Source: a bacterium
GTDB lineage: Bacteria; Pseudomonadota; Alphaproteobacteria; Rhizobiales; JAKIUO01
Assembly (NCBI GenBank): GCA_024228495.1
Contig: JAAETJ010000996.1
Span: 34,211-98,210, forward strand
Length of the DNA: 64,000 nt
Reading direction: 5' to 3'
Part shown: positions 30,813 to 41,445 of the stretch, piece after piece
Position numbering within the stretch: the first letter of the stretch is position 1
Layout: each line of letters starts with the position of its first letter
Position numbers and translations under genes: made by a program
Notes under the pieces: generated by a model
The model's input: only the letters and a program-made list of their open reading frames with translations
Told to the model about the DNA's origin: nothing
Databases searched by the model: none

Positions 30813-32066
30813 CTATCGCAATTTGGGGGTAACGTCAAACAATGAGCGATGCAGATCGATGGCATAACGATCTGTCATGCCAGCGATAAAGTCGCGCACA
30901 CGCTCGGCACATTGGTTGATGTTGACGCGCACCCCCTTGCAGTTCCAATCGTTCGGCATATCTTGCGGTCGTCGCATATAATGATTCACGAGATCCTCCA
31001 CGACACTTTCCGCATCATTCATAATCGCCATTATCCGGTCATGGCGATAGACACGCTGGTACAAAAATGACCGTAGCTGATCGAGTTTGAGGATGAATTC
31101 GCTTGAAAAAGCAACCATCTGCTTGTTAGCCTCTCGCACTGCATCACTGCTCAATGGATTGATCATATCAATCCTGCGTTCCGTTTCTTCACAAACATCA
31201 GATAGCATCATGGTAATCAGACGCCGGTTCAATTCAAACACCAACCGGCTGTTCTCAATGCCCTTGAATTCAGATTTTATTTGCGTAACGAGGTCCCAGA
31301 CAAAGGGCACATCCTGCAAATCTCCTAATTCAAACAGACCAGCACGCAAGCCATCGTCAATATCATGATTATTATAAGCAATATCGTCGGCAATCGATGC
31401 AACCTGTCCTTCAGGTCCCGCTTGCAGATGCAGTCCAAAACCAAATTTCAGTTCGTACCAGCGCAATAGTTCGGGCATTTGCAAACACGCATATTTACCA
31501 ATCATGCCGCCTTGATGGTCGGTCAGCGGACCATTGTGCTTGATTAATCCTTCCAAGGTCTCCCAGCTAAGATTGAGACCGTCAAATTGAGCATAGCGCT
31601 TTTCCAGATTGGTAAGGGTGCGCAAGGTCTGGATATTGTGGTTAAACCCGCCAAACCCATCAAGAGCGCGCGACAGCGCCCGTTCTCCTGCGTGACCAAA
31701 AGGCGTGTGGCCAATATCATGGGCAAGCGAAATGGCTTCACACAGATCTTCATTAAAATGCAGCATGTAGGCAAGGGAGCGCGCTATTTGAGCCACTTCC
31801 AAAGAATGAGTGAGGCGGCTTCTAAAATGATCACCCTCGTGATAAACAAAAACCTGCGTTTTATAATTCAGTCTACGAAATGCATTTGAGTGGGTGATGC
31901 GGTCGCGATCTCTGGCATATGGTGAGCGTATTGGGCACAATTTTTCAGAAATAAGACGCCCGCGCGAGTGCTCGCCATAACTGGCATAAGGGGCAATTCC
32001 CGGTCCGTCAGGTGAACGAGCATTCGTTTTAACGGGGAAATTTGTGACCGGACTATTTGACAACAT
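30813..32066 (-). CDS. dgt: dGTP triphosphohydrolase-like HD-domain protein
   Basis: Motifs include RDRDRITHSNAFRRLNYKTQVF, HD motif RLTHSLEVAQI and HDIGHTPFGH. The start is uncertain. The ORF is open to 32144, but that would leave only 27 bp to divergent erpA, so Met at 32066 is preferred. Confidence 0.85.
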   Translation of the reverse strand: MLSNSPVTNFPVKTNARSPDGPGIAPYASYGEHSRGRLISEKLCPIRSPYARDRDRITHSNAFRRLNYKTQVFVYHEGDHFRSRLTHSLEVAQIARSLAYMLHFNEDLCEAISLAHDIGHTPFGHAGERALSRALDGFGGFNHNIQTLRTLTNLEKRYAQFDGLNLSWETLEGLIKHNGPLTDHQGGMIGKYACLQMPELLRWYELKFGFGLHLQAGPEGQVASIADDIAYNNHDIDDGLRAGLFELGDLQDVPFVWDLVTQIKSEFKGIENSRLVFELNRRLITMMLSDVCEETERRIDMINPLSSDAVREANKQMVAFSSEFILKLDQLRSFLYQRVYRHDRIMAIMNDAESVVEDLVNHYMRRPQDMPNDWNCKGVRVNINQCAERVRDFIAGMTDRYAIDLHRSLFDVTPKLR

Positions 32067-32171
32067 ACCAAGCTCGCCTATCTTAGGAATAGAAACTACT
32101 AAACTTTTAGGGATGCGATTCGCTAAACCCCTAGCTGGAAACATACTAAAACACGAGTTAAGGGCAATTTA

Positions 32172-32504
32172 ATGAGCAAACTATCAATTGGTGTCAGCAG
32201 CGCTGCTGCTGAGCGTATCAAGGAGATTCTGGTCGCTGAACCAGACGGTGCAAAGTTCCGCATGAGTGTCTCTGGTGGGGGGTGTTCAGGTTTCCAATAT
32301 AATTTTGAAATTGTCAGTGATCAAAATAGCGACGATATGGCCATCAAAAAAAATGGCATCACAGTTCTTGTCGACAGCATCTCCCAAATGTATCTGGAAG
32401 GTTCTGAGCTTGATTTCTCCGACGATCTGATTGGTGCTGCGTTCAAAGTCAACAATCCCAATGCCACTGCTTCTTGTGGCTGCGGAACCAGTTTTTCAAT
32501 CTAA
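32172..32504 (+). CDS. erpA: HesB/IscA-family iron-sulfur cluster insertion protein
   Basis: 110 aa with GGGCSGFQY and C-terminal CGCGTSFSI. Confidence 0.9.
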   Translation: MSKLSIGVSSAAAERIKEILVAEPDGAKFRMSVSGGGCSGFQYNFEIVSDQNSDDMAIKKNGITVLVDSISQMYLEGSELDFSDDLIGAAFKVNNPNATASCGCGTSFSI

Positions 32505-32520
32505 CAGGTCGTAAAATCAT

Positions 32521-33306
32521 ATGAAAATTGCCACCTGGAACGTCAATTCGATCAAGGCGCGGCTCCCTAATGTCCTGCAGTGGCTAAAACAGGAAAAGCC
32601 TGACATTGCCTGCTTGCAAGAATTAAAATGCGTAGATGACGCCTTCCCCCGGCTCGAGATTGAAGAGCTTGGCTACAACGTCACTGTACATGGTCAAAAG
32701 ACCTATAACGGAGTCGCCATACTCTCAAAACTGCCTTTTGACGAAGTCTCAAATGGCTTGCCAGGAGATGAAAGCGATGAACAGGCTCGCTATGTCGAAG
32801 CCTCGATTTCAACGCCGCAAGGGGCGCTAAGGATTGCCTCTATCTATCTCCCCAACGGCAATCCGGTTGAGACGCCGAAATATGAGTATAAGCTGGCTTG
32901 GATGGACCGCTTGATTGCACACACCAAAACCCTTCTGAGCTATGAAGAGAGCCTTGTTCTGGCTGGTGACTACAATGTCATCATCGGCAATGAAGACTGC
33001 TACAATCCAGAGGCGTGGCGCGGAGACGCCCTGTTTCGTCCCGAAACGGCCGAAAGATTCCAGCGCCTTGTCAATCTTGGTCTGACAAACAGTTTTAAGG
33101 CCTGCAATGCGCAAGGCAATCTTTATAGCTTTTGGGATTATCAAGCTGGCGCCTGGGAGAAAGACAACGGCATTCTCATCGACCATCTTTTGCTTTCGCC
33201 ACAAGCAGCAGACAAATTGCACACGAGCGAGATCGATAAATTCACCAGAGACTGGGAGCGCCCCTCTGATCATGTACCCGTGTGGATAGAGCTCGATATG
33301 GACTGA
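32521..33306 (+). CDS. xthA: Exodeoxyribonuclease III
   Basis: 261 aa with MKIATWNVNS, CLQELK, GDYN, LIDHLL and SDHVPV. Confidence 0.95.
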   Translation: MKIATWNVNSIKARLPNVLQWLKQEKPDIACLQELKCVDDAFPRLEIEELGYNVTVHGQKTYNGVAILSKLPFDEVSNGLPGDESDEQARYVEASISTPQGALRIASIYLPNGNPVETPKYEYKLAWMDRLIAHTKTLLSYEESLVLAGDYNVIIGNEDCYNPEAWRGDALFRPETAERFQRLVNLGLTNSFKACNAQGNLYSFWDYQAGAWEKDNGILIDHLLLSPQAADKLHTSEIDKFTRDWERPSDHVPVWIELDMD

Positions 33307-33312
33307 TATTGG

Positions 33313-33519
33313 TCAGTGATAATCCTTGACGACCAGAAAATAAGCGATCAAATTGAAAGAGGCAGGAGACAGTTTTGAAATATCCTCAAGCAGATCTTTA
33401 TATTCTTCGTCTTCCAAAAAATATTGGACCATCAATTTGGCTGATCTCTCGTCAAACCCCCCATCAAGTTCGGTATTTTTTTTGCCGCTATTTTTTAAGG
33501 CGAATCCAGTGTTCGTCAT
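33313..33519 (-). CDS. Hypothetical small acidic protein
   Basis: 68-aa ORF in a low-GC patch with no recognisable family. Its coding status is uncertain. Confidence 0.3.
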   Translation of the reverse strand: MTNTGFALKNSGKKNTELDGGFDERSAKLMVQYFLEDEEYKDLLEDISKLSPASFNLIAYFLVVKDYH

Positions 33520-33669
33520 GAAATGCTCTCCGCTTGGTTAAAAATTCCAACATCAAGACAGAATAAATTTCTTTACGCAGAGACCAGATAAAAAGATTCT
33601 GTTGCGACTCAACTGTATGTCATTTTATAAAATTATGGATAGCTGTAAGATCTTGCAGGTAGATACCAA

Positions 33670-33933
33670 CTAAAACTCAATTTCTTCAGGTTGAAGAGCG
33701 TGGACAACCAGATTAGTTCGGTTTGACACGCCAAGTTTTTTAGCGACATTTTGCATGATATGCTCCGAAAACCTGAATGTCCGAAATGTTGACGATTGAG
33801 CATAAATGGATTCCCGTTTCAACTCCGAAACGCTACATCTGTGAACTGATGGAGTATGATTTTGCAAAGCTGTTGAACCATCCCATAAGCCTTTGATTTT
33901 CGGCCAGATGGCTGCAATTCTTGTGTGGGACAC
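33670..33933 (-). pseudogene. LuxR/GerE-type HTH fragment (stand-alone 87-aa ORF, probably a remnant of a larger regulator)
   Basis: The C-terminal NVAKKLGVSNRTNLVVHAL resembles the recognition helix of LuxR-family HTHs (NIxxKLGVxNRTxAV), but the upstream part of the motif is degenerate. No receiver or autoinducer domain is present. An overlapping out-of-frame ORF at 33833..34015 suggests decay. Confidence 0.4.
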
Positions 33934-34112
33934 TCATATCACCGAGGACTACATGCCCGAAGGACATTGCCACACGCTTTCGCAAATATGAGAAATATAG
34001 GCCCAGGGAAAACAAGGACAGATAAGCAAATCAACCAGATTTGCATCTACTCAGGCTGGGGCGCTATTGCTTGCTCAAATGTCATGGTGATCCCGTTGAA
34101 TGCGAGCTATCA

Positions 34113-35171
34113 TTACTCAGATCCGATCTGCCGGAAGCTGCCAAGACCCATCACCTGGTCGCCTTCCTCCTCCTTGACGACAGGACGGCGCTTTACCACT
34201 CGCTTGGTGCGCACTGGACCACCCTCGGCAATGCCAATACGAACTTTTTTGCGGATGACGAATCTCTTGACCTTGATGCGCGGAGTATAAATGCGCACCC
34301 AGCGGGCAACGGCAGTTTTTGCGCCACTGCGGGTTTTTGGATCTGATGCGTCTACAATGGTCTTGTGCAGCTCATTGATCCATTCGCTATCACGTGGACC
34401 AGCATTTTTCTGCGCCATGATCAACAAGGCCAGCGCCTTGATCTGACGCTTGGGAACCAGGTCCCCTTCCCACAAAAGCTGCCCTAAAAGAGCCTGCGAG
34501 GGAGCATGTTTTTTCTTGGCAGCATTATTTAACCAGGAAATAGCACGGCGGACATTCTTTTTCACACCCTGCCCAGAAAGGTACAACTTGCCCAACTGAT
34601 ACTGAGCGCCTGGATTGCGAAAGAACTGCGACGCGTGAGTGAAATATGTAGCCGCCTTTTTTACGTCAGGCTTGAGGCCACTCTCGCTGACCCCATTGAG
34701 ATAATACAGGCCCAATGATGTCAGTGAGCTGCCAATAAAGGGTGCTGCCGGATGGTAGCTGGAAATATTCCAGTGCTTTTTTGAAATATTTTTATAAAGA
34801 TCAAAGGCGGCTGCATTATCTACGGGCACACCAAGGCCAAGCTCGTACATTTTGGCAAGCGTCAGGCGGGCACCAAAGACACCACGCTTGGCGGCAAACT
34901 CAATGGCGGGAAGAGCCAGGCTATACCATCCTTCATCAAAAGCCGTTTTTCCCTGACGATAGGCTTCCAATGGGGATGAAAAGCTCAATTGGGTCTTGAG
35001 ATCTTCAAAAATGGCAGGATCCTCGTTCTTTGCAACGGGATCAGCCGCCATCACATTTCCGCCGACAACCAGAAACACAAACGGCACAAGTGCCACTTTT
35101 TTCAAGAAATTCTTTCTTGCTGCCCCCGGTTCAAGCACCCCTAGCTTGTTACTCAACTCATACATCCGCAT
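34113..35171 (-). CDS. Secreted Sel1-repeat (SLR) protein, possibly ExoR-like, with a basic C-terminal tail
   Basis: Signal/anchor [20 protein letters not shown]. Repeated Sel1 units ([44 protein letters not shown], ...). The last ~70 aa are Arg/Lys/Val-rich. The start overlaps the ilvD stop by 14 nt. Confidence 0.7.
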   Translation of the reverse strand: MRMYELSNKLGVLEPGAARKNFLKKVALVPFVFLVVGGNVMAADPVAKNEDPAIFEDLKTQLSFSSPLEAYRQGKTAFDEGWYSLALPAIEFAAKRGVFGARLTLAKMYELGLGVPVDNAAAFDLYKNISKKHWNISSYHPAAPFIGSSLTSLGLYYLNGVSESGLKPDVKKAATYFTHASQFFRNPGAQYQLGKLYLSGQGVKKNVRRAISWLNNAAKKKHAPSQALLGQLLWEGDLVPKRQIKALALLIMAQKNAGPRDSEWINELHKTIVDASDPKTRSGAKTAVARWVRIYTPRIKVKRFVIRKKVRIGIAEGGPVRTKRVVKRRPVVKEEEGDQVMGLGSFRQIGSE

Positions 35172-36876
35172 AACACTCTATTTCAGTTTTACCACCAGGA
35201 TGAGTCACCGCTCCGTATCTAGCGGGCCCCACCTGCTGTGCATATTTCCAGAGGGTACCACTCTGATAAGGGTTTTTTGGGGCAACCCATTCTTTTTTTC
35301 TATTTTCCAGTTCTTGCTCGCTCAAATCGACGTCCATCCTGCCGTTTTCGGCGTCAATTGTTATCATATCGCCATCACGTAACAGGCCAATTGGTCCACC
35401 TTCAGCGGCTTCTGGTCCGACATGACCGATGCAAAATCCGCGTGTACCGCCTGAAAAACGGCCATCCGTGATCAGCGCGACCTTATCGCCAACGCCTTGT
35501 CCATAAAGAGCGGCGGTTGTCGACAACATTTCTCTCATACCCGGCCCACCCCTGGGGCCTTCATAACGAATGACGATCACGTCGCCATCGTCATATTCGT
35601 TCTTTTTGACAGCCTCGAACGCATCTTCTTCGCAATCATAGCAACGCGCTGGTCCGGTAAATTGCAGCTTTTGCAAACCTGCTACCTTGACGATGGCACC
35701 ATCTGGCGCGAGATTACCTTTGAGGCCAACAACACCGCCGGTTTTCGACAAAGGCATATCGACGGGATAAACAACCTTTTGATCGCTGGAAAATGTGACC
35801 TTTTCGAGATTTTCGGCGATAGTCTTGCCGGTAACGGTAATACAATCTTTATGCAAGAAACCACCATCCAGCAGGACTTTCATGATCACTGGTACGCCAC
35901 CAATATCATAGACATCCTTGGCGACATATTTACCGCCTGGCTTGAGATCGGCGATATAGGGCGTTTTGCGGAAAATCTCGGCAACTTCAAACAGATCGAA
36001 ATCAATACCGATTTCATGGGCAATCGCTGGCAAATGCAGTGCCCCATTGGTTGACCCGCCTGTGGCTGCTATAATAGTGGCCGCATTTTCAAGACTTTTA
36101 CGAGTAACAATATCTCTGGGGCGGATACCGTCCCGCAGACAATCCATCACCGCCTGACCGGACAGATCCGCATATTCATCACGTGACTCGTAAGGAGCTG
36201 GAGCACCAGCTGATCCTGGCAATGCCAGCCCAACCGCCTCTGAAACACAGGCCATCGTATTGGCTGTAAACTGGCCTCCACAAGACCCGGAACTGGGACA
36301 GGCCACCCCTTCAAGTTCGCACAGATCTTCTTCGCTCATCTTACCAGCGGTAAACTTACCGACCCCTTCAAACACGTCGACAACCGTGACGTCCTTGCCT
36401 TTGTAACGTCCTGGCAGGATGGTGCCGCCATACATAAAGACGCTAGGCACGTTGAGGCGCACCATGGTCATCATCATGCCCGGCAGCGACTTGTCACAAC
36501 CAGCGATACCCACCATTGCATCATAACAGTGACCGCGCATGGTTAGCTCAACACTATCCGCTATCACTTCACGCGATATGAGCGAGCTTTTCATGCCCTG
36601 ATGTCCCATGGCGATGCCGTCTGTAACGGTGATGGTGCAAAATTCGCGAGGTGTTCCGTGGGCTTTGGCGACACCGCGCTTGGCAGCTTGCGCCTGCCGC
36701 ATCAAATCAATATTGCAAGGGGCTGCTTCATTCCAACATGACACCACTCCCACGAGAGGCTGATGGATCTCTTCTTCCGTCATGCCCATTGCATAATAGT
36801 AAGAGCGATGAGGCGCGCGCTCTGGTCCCTCGGTGACATGGCGGCTTGGCAATTTGGATTTATCGAACTTGGTCAT
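35158..36876 (-). CDS. ilvD: Dihydroxy-acid dehydratase
   Basis: Motifs include [38 protein letters not shown], and the C-terminal [32 protein letters not shown] 36876 is preferred. The ORF is open to 36927. Confidence 0.95.
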   Translation of the reverse strand: MTKFDKSKLPSRHVTEGPERAPHRSYYYAMGMTEEEIHQPLVGVVSCWNEAAPCNIDLMRQAQAAKRGVAKAHGTPREFCTITVTDGIAMGHQGMKSSLISREVIADSVELTMRGHCYDAMVGIAGCDKSLPGMMMTMVRLNVPSVFMYGGTILPGRYKGKDVTVVDVFEGVGKFTAGKMSEEDLCELEGVACPSSGSCGGQFTANTMACVSEAVGLALPGSAGAPAPYESRDEYADLSGQAVMDCLRDGIRPRDIVTRKSLENAATIIAATGGSTNGALHLPAIAHEIGIDFDLFEVAEIFRKTPYIADLKPGGKYVAKDVYDIGGVPVIMKVLLDGGFLHKDCITVTGKTIAENLEKVTFSSDQKVVYPVDMPLSKTGGVVGLKGNLAPDGAIVKVAGLQKLQFTGPARCYDCEEDAFEAVKKNEYDDGDVIVIRYEGPRGGPGMREMLSTTAALYGQGVGDKVALITDGRFSGGTRGFCIGHVGPEAAEGGPIGLLRDGDMITIDAENGRMDVDLSEQELENRKKEWVAPKNPYQSGTLWKYAQQVGPARYGAVTHPGGKTEIECYADV

Positions 36877-37104
36877 ATGATCTGGTTTCCCGGCAAAATG
36901 TTGGAAGATCGATGGCTCAATCAGCACAATGCCAATTCGCCAACAGGTTGTATCCCATCCGTTTAACCCCGCTTGATGCGAGCTGCAATGATAACTAAAC
37001 GATCACGCAACAAGAAAAACCAGACACGTCAATTGATTGTGGGGAGTTTTGGGTGACATTGTGGCGCAAAAATGGCAAGGACCTGCCCCAACAACATGAA
37101 TGTT

Positions 37105-38223
37105 TTAACCGTGTGGCATATGAATAACACCACCGGCAAGAGGAGCCCTAACTCCCGTTGTACCAGGAAAAGTAAGCGGCAGGCCGCGCAGGGAGCGAAC
37201 GGCCAAATAAGCGAATGCTTCAGCTTCCATATAATCAGACGACCAGCCAAGCTCGCCTGCTTCCAAAACCTCCCCGGACAAGCGCTTATGGAATTGTTTC
37301 ATCAATATTGGGTTTCGCACCCCCCCACCACATATAACCCACTTTTTGGGCGGCGCTGGAAAGAAAAAATCAGCTCTTGATATGGCAAGCGCCGTGAACG
37401 ACGTCAGGGTCATAGCCCCCCTCTCAAGGGACATCCCCTCTAATGGGGCCAGTGAAAAATGATTGCGATCAAGGCTCTTGGGTGGCTTTTGTGAGAAGTA
37501 AGAATTATTAATCAGCTCCGACAATACACTTTCTTTGACGCTCCCCTGCGCCGCGAACTTGCCCCCTTCGTCCATATCTCCAGCCCCATGTTTTACGACC
37601 CAGTCATCAATAAGCGCATTGCCGGGACCTGTATCAAAGGCAATCAACTCTCCGCTCTCACCAATATAGGTGACATTGGCGACGCCACCGACATTTAGTA
37701 TGGCGACAGGCAACTCAAGGCCCGCCTGCTTGACAAGCGCCTGATGATAGATCGGCACAAGCGGCGCCCCCTGCCCGCCAGCTTTTATGTCTGCCTGACG
37801 CATATTCGCGACAACCGGAAGGGCATATCGATTGGCCAGCTTGTCTCCATCGCCAAGCTGCATCGTCAATTGCTGCTCGGGCCGGTGCAAAACAGTCTGA
37901 CCGTGAAAGCCGATTACATCAATGTGATCTTCTAGTTCAAGATCGTATTTTTCCGCCAGCAATGAAATGGCTTCATCATTTGCGTTTGTGATGATAGCTG
38001 CGAGCTCTGACAACTGCGGATCATCCCGACATGGTTCCTGCATATTCGCGACCCCGTTAATTTCTTTGGCAATCAACTGCTTTTCCGCAGCTAGATACGG
38101 GCGAAACAGGCTCTGTCCTGTATTCTTGACCACATCTTCCCCATCGGTCTTGATGATCGCCGCATCGATACCGTCCATCGAGGTGCCACTCATGAGGCCA
38201 ATTGCTGTATATATCTTGCTCAT
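37105..38223 (-). CDS. anmK: Anhydro-N-acetylmuramic acid kinase
   Basis: Motifs [25 protein letters not shown] and [11 protein letters not shown]. The start at MSKIYTAIG is preferred. Confidence 0.9.
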   Translation of the reverse strand: MSKIYTAIGLMSGTSMDGIDAAIIKTDGEDVVKNTGQSLFRPYLAAEKQLIAKEINGVANMQEPCRDDPQLSELAAIITNANDEAISLLAEKYDLELEDHIDVIGFHGQTVLHRPEQQLTMQLGDGDKLANRYALPVVANMRQADIKAGGQGAPLVPIYHQALVKQAGLELPVAILNVGGVANVTYIGESGELIAFDTGPGNALIDDWVVKHGAGDMDEGGKFAAQGSVKESVLSELINNSYFSQKPPKSLDRNHFSLAPLEGMSLERGAMTLTSFTALAISRADFFFPAPPKKWVICGGGVRNPILMKQFHKRLSGEVLEAGELGWSSDYMEAEAFAYLAVRSLRGLPLTFPGTTGVRAPLAGGVIHMPHG

Positions 38224-38279
38224 CGCGATCCCTTGGTGCATGGTGGCCGGAAATTTCAACACTATCATTGCCAGAGATC

Positions 38280-39533
38280 ATGACCAGCTATAAATCAGAC
38301 TTTTTGCGCGTGATGCGTGAGCGCGGATATATTCACCAATGCTCCAACGATGAGGCCCTGGACACCAAGGCCAGCACCGGCATTGTGACAGCTTATGTGG
38401 GCTTTGATTGCACTGCTGCCAGCCTGCATGTGGGCAACCTTTTGGGTATCATGATGCTGCGAAAGCTCCAGCAAACCGGTCACAAACCAGTTGTGCTGAT
38501 AGGTGGCGGCACCACGAGAGTCGGCGATCCCTCTGGCAAAGACGACACCCGCAAACTGCTGAATGACGAACAGATCGAGCAAAATATCTCTGGTATCCGC
38601 CAGGTATTCGAAAAGTTTTTGACATTTGGCGACGGCCCAACCGATGCCATCATGGTCAATAATGCCGATTGGCTGCTAAAACTCAATTATATCGAGTTTT
38701 TGCGAGATTACGGCCCTCATTTCACGATCAACCGCATGATGACCTTCGAATCTGTCAAGCAAAGGCTCGACCGCGAACAGCCCCTGACCTTTCTTGAATT
38801 CAATTATATGATCTTTCAGGCTTACGACTTTTTGGAACTCAAACGCCAGAACGGCTGCACATTGCAGATGGGAGGCTCTGATCAATGGGGCAATATCATC
38901 AACGGCATTGAGCTTGGTCGCCGGGTGGATGGGGCCGAACTCTACGCATTGACGACCGCGCTGCTAACCACAAGTTCTGGCGCCAAAATGGGCAAAACTG
39001 CCAAGGGCGCCGTCTGGCTCAACGAGGATATGCTCAGCCCCTATGATTACTGGCAGTTCTGGCGCAACACGGAAGACAGTGATGTTGGTCGTTTTTTGCG
39101 CCTGTTCACCGAGCTGCCCCTCGCTGAAATAGAGGAACTCGAAAAGCTTGAGGGTGCCGATCTCAACGAAGCTAAAAAACTTCTGGCGACTACCGCCTGC
39201 GCGATGGCGCACGGCAAGGAAAAAGCACTGGAGGCATCTGATACCGCCCTAAAAACATTTGAACACGGGACCATGGCTTCGGGCCTGCCAACCGTTGAAA
39301 TCAGCGCGGCAGATCTGAACAATGGCCTTGGCCTGCTTACCGCAATGGTCACCGCTGGTCTTGCCAATTCAAATGGGGAAGCGCGCCGCCACATCAAAGG
39401 TGGAGCCGTAAAAATCAATGATGTGAAAGCTGAAAACGAAAAAGTACAACTGGGTGGCGGTGACATCACCGACGAGGGTGTCATCAAGCTGTCAGTCGGC
39501 AAAAAACGGCACGTGCTTCTTAAGGCAATCTAG
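38280..39533 (+). CDS. tyrS: Tyrosine--tRNA ligase
   Basis: [24 protein letters not shown]-type motif SLHVGN, KMSKS-type KMGKT, and a C-terminal S4 domain. The ATG at 38280 is preferred. Confidence 0.95.
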   Translation: MTSYKSDFLRVMRERGYIHQCSNDEALDTKASTGIVTAYVGFDCTAASLHVGNLLGIMMLRKLQQTGHKPVVLIGGGTTRVGDPSGKDDTRKLLNDEQIEQNISGIRQVFEKFLTFGDGPTDAIMVNNADWLLKLNYIEFLRDYGPHFTINRMMTFESVKQRLDREQPLTFLEFNYMIFQAYDFLELKRQNGCTLQMGGSDQWGNIINGIELGRRVDGAELYALTTALLTTSSGAKMGKTAKGAVWLNEDMLSPYDYWQFWRNTEDSDVGRFLRLFTELPLAEIEELEKLEGADLNEAKKLLATTACAMAHGKEKALEASDTALKTFEHGTMASGLPTVEISAADLNNGLGLLTAMVTAGLANSNGEARRHIKGGAVKINDVKAENEKVQLGGGDITDEGVIKLSVGKKRHVLLKAI

Positions 39534-39550
39534 AGCGCAATCCAGGCAGC

Positions 39551-39585
39551 AAAAAGCCAGCGCAAAACATTTGCACTGGCTTTTT
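39551..39585. terminator. Bidirectional rho-independent terminator between tyrS and the TusE-like gene
   Basis: AAAAA-GCCAGCGCAAA-aca-TTTGCACTGGC-TTTTT. The stem is 11 bp with one mismatch, flanked by an A-run and a T-run. Confidence 0.8.
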
Positions 39586-39602
39586 CAGTTTTAATTACGA
39601 AG

Positions 39603-39902
39603 TTAGACGCAGCCCGTTGGCTTGGGCAGTCCACCATATTTAGTAATCGGCTTCATGGGACCGGTGTTCCACATCTTGAACATGTCTTTTTTATCTTCAC
39701 CGACATGTTTGGCAAATTTGCGGATTGGCAACACGGCCTGACTGTTTTCAAAGGCTTCGCGTGCCTTCATGATGTGATTCCATTTGGCATCATCCAGGTC
39801 AACCCCATCAGCTACCGCCATGGCCTTGCCGATTTCCTCGGTCCAGTTTCCCATGTCGGTCAGATATCCATCACCATCGCGCTCTGGCAGTTCAACGCTC
39901 AT
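39603..39902 (-). CDS. TusE/DsrC/DsvC-family sulfur-relay protein
   Basis: 99 aa with the diagnostic C-terminus GGLPKPTGCV. It has a single Cys in the tail (TusE-type). No tusBCD/dsrEFH genes are nearby. Confidence 0.85.
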   Translation of the reverse strand: MSVELPERDGDGYLTDMGNWTEEIGKAMAVADGVDLDDAKWNHIMKAREAFENSQAVLPIRKFAKHVGEDKKDMFKMWNTGPMKPITKYGGLPKPTGCV

Positions 39903-40050
39903 GACATTCCTTTCAATTTTTAGAGCAATTTAGATGCTTCTTGGACGCACTCCAATTCATATCTAATAACATACTATTGTGATCAAGATTATCAAGGAAA
40001 TAAAATGAGCGGGACTAAGCTCGTGCCTTAGCTGGTCGGTCCTTGGCATC

Positions 40051-40386
40051 TCAGCTCTTTGCGCACGTGATGCAAAGTGGCGCAGCTGGATCAAATTCCA
40101 GGCGCTTTACCGCGATTTCCTCACCGCATTTCAGGCAATCACCATACTCATCTTGCGCAATGCGCTTCAATGCAGCGCGGATACGGCTAATTTCGTTCAA
40201 ACGCCGTTGCTCGCCCGCCTTGGCCATTTCCTGGCGCTGTATAGCATCCATGCGCGAGACACGGCCAACAGATGTCTGGTCCAATTGCACCGCATCACGG
40301 CTTTGCTCCGCCAGTTCATTGGCCTCTTCAAGCTCTATGCGCCGGGCCACCAGCAGCTTTTCAAAATGATTGGTATTGATGCTCAT
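40051..40386 (-). CDS. DksA/TraR-family C4 zinc-finger protein (short form)
   Basis: 111 aa with a coiled-coil N-terminus, LDQTSVGRVSRMDAIQ, and the zinc finger CLKCGEEI...LCITC. It lies 17 nt downstream of ppk2. Confidence 0.85.
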   Translation of the reverse strand: MSINTNHFEKLLVARRIELEEANELAEQSRDAVQLDQTSVGRVSRMDAIQRQEMAKAGEQRRLNEISRIRAALKRIAQDEYGDCLKCGEEIAVKRLEFDPAAPLCITCAKS

Positions 40387-40403
40387 GACACCTCAATCTT
40401 GTA

Positions 40404-41315
40404 TTATGCCGTGCTTAGTAAATCGCGTGAATGTCCGACTATGTTATCGTCTGGTGCGCCGACCACTTCATGGTCTTTTCCCGCATATTCGAACTGACTT
40501 AAAACCGAGCGTATAATCGCTAACCTGGCGCGGCGCTTGTCATTTGCCTTGACGATAGTCCAAGGGGTATCCTCAGCATGCGTGAACTCAAACATCTTAC
40601 CGATATTCATCGTATAGTCGTCCCATAGCGGAATGGACTTATAGTCGATCGGTGATAGTTTCCATTGCTTCAGCGGATCATGACGCCGCGCGTGAAAACG
40701 CTTCATCTGCATCTCGCGACCAACCGTCAGCCAGAATTTGAACAGTTTGATGCCTTCACGTTTCAGCATTTTTTCAAAAGCTGGTGCTTCTTGCAAAAAC
40801 TGCGCATTTTGTTCCGGCGTACAAAACCCCATGACGGGCTCAACACCGGCCCTGTTATACCACGAGCGATCAAACAGTGTCATATTGCCTTTGGTGGGAA
40901 GATGCGCGATATAGCGTTGAAAATACCACTGGCCCTGCTCCTCGTCTGTTGGCTTGGCAAGCGCCACGACTTTTGCCGAGCGCGGGTTGAGGTGCTCCAT
41001 AAACCGCTTGATAGAGCCTCCCTTGCCAGCTGCGTCACGCCCTTCGAACACAAGCACCACCCGTTCGCCCTGATCGCTCACATGGCGCTGCAATTTCGCA
41101 AGTTCAATATGCAAGGAATGAAGTTCCCCAACATATTCCTTGTTTTTCATACGCTTGGCATAGGGGTAAGAACCACTGGCATGGGACTGTTCATCAATCC
41201 AGTTTGGCAACACCTCCTGATTGAGGTCAAAGTCAGAAAAATCACCTGCTGCTTGATCAGCTTTATTGCCCACGATTGCGCTCCATATCCGGTTTGTAAA
41301 ACTGCCTTTAGTCAT
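40404..41315 (-). CDS. ppk2: Polyphosphate kinase 2
   Basis: Walker A-like FEGRDAAGKGG, FDRSWYNRAGVE and the PPK2 lid region. The ATG at 41315 (MTKGSFTNRIW) is preferred. The ORF is open to 41405. Confidence 0.9.
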   Translation of the reverse strand: MTKGSFTNRIWSAIVGNKADQAAGDFSDFDLNQEVLPNWIDEQSHASGSYPYAKRMKNKEYVGELHSLHIELAKLQRHVSDQGERVVLVFEGRDAAGKGGSIKRFMEHLNPRSAKVVALAKPTDEEQGQWYFQRYIAHLPTKGNMTLFDRSWYNRAGVEPVMGFCTPEQNAQFLQEAPAFEKMLKREGIKLFKFWLTVGREMQMKRFHARRHDPLKQWKLSPIDYKSIPLWDDYTMNIGKMFEFTHAEDTPWTIVKANDKRRARLAIIRSVLSQFEYAGKDHEVVGAPDDNIVGHSRDLLSTA

Positions 41316-41384
41316 AGCACAATCATATCCAAATAGCAGTTTGTTGCAACACGTGTCTTTTCGATACAACAGGTAAGGTGCAGT

Positions 41385-41415
41385 AAAAACGGGCACGCAA
41401 ATCAATGCGCACCCG
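41385..41415 (-). terminator. Rho-independent terminator after the DUF1465 gene
   Basis: The minus strand reads CGGGTGCGCA-ttgatt-TGCGTGCCCG followed by TTTTT. The stem is 10 bp including two G-U pairs. Confidence 0.7.
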
Positions 41416-41445
41416 GTTTAGAATTCAAAATATTAGAAGCGGTGT

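Noticed and set aside
35497-36054. 185-aa plus-strand ORF
   Set aside because: It is antisense to ilvD, so it is a shadow ORF.
40665-41336. 223-aa plus-strand ORF
   Set aside because: It is antisense to ppk2, which has clear family motifs. No recognisable domain, so it is a shadow ORF.
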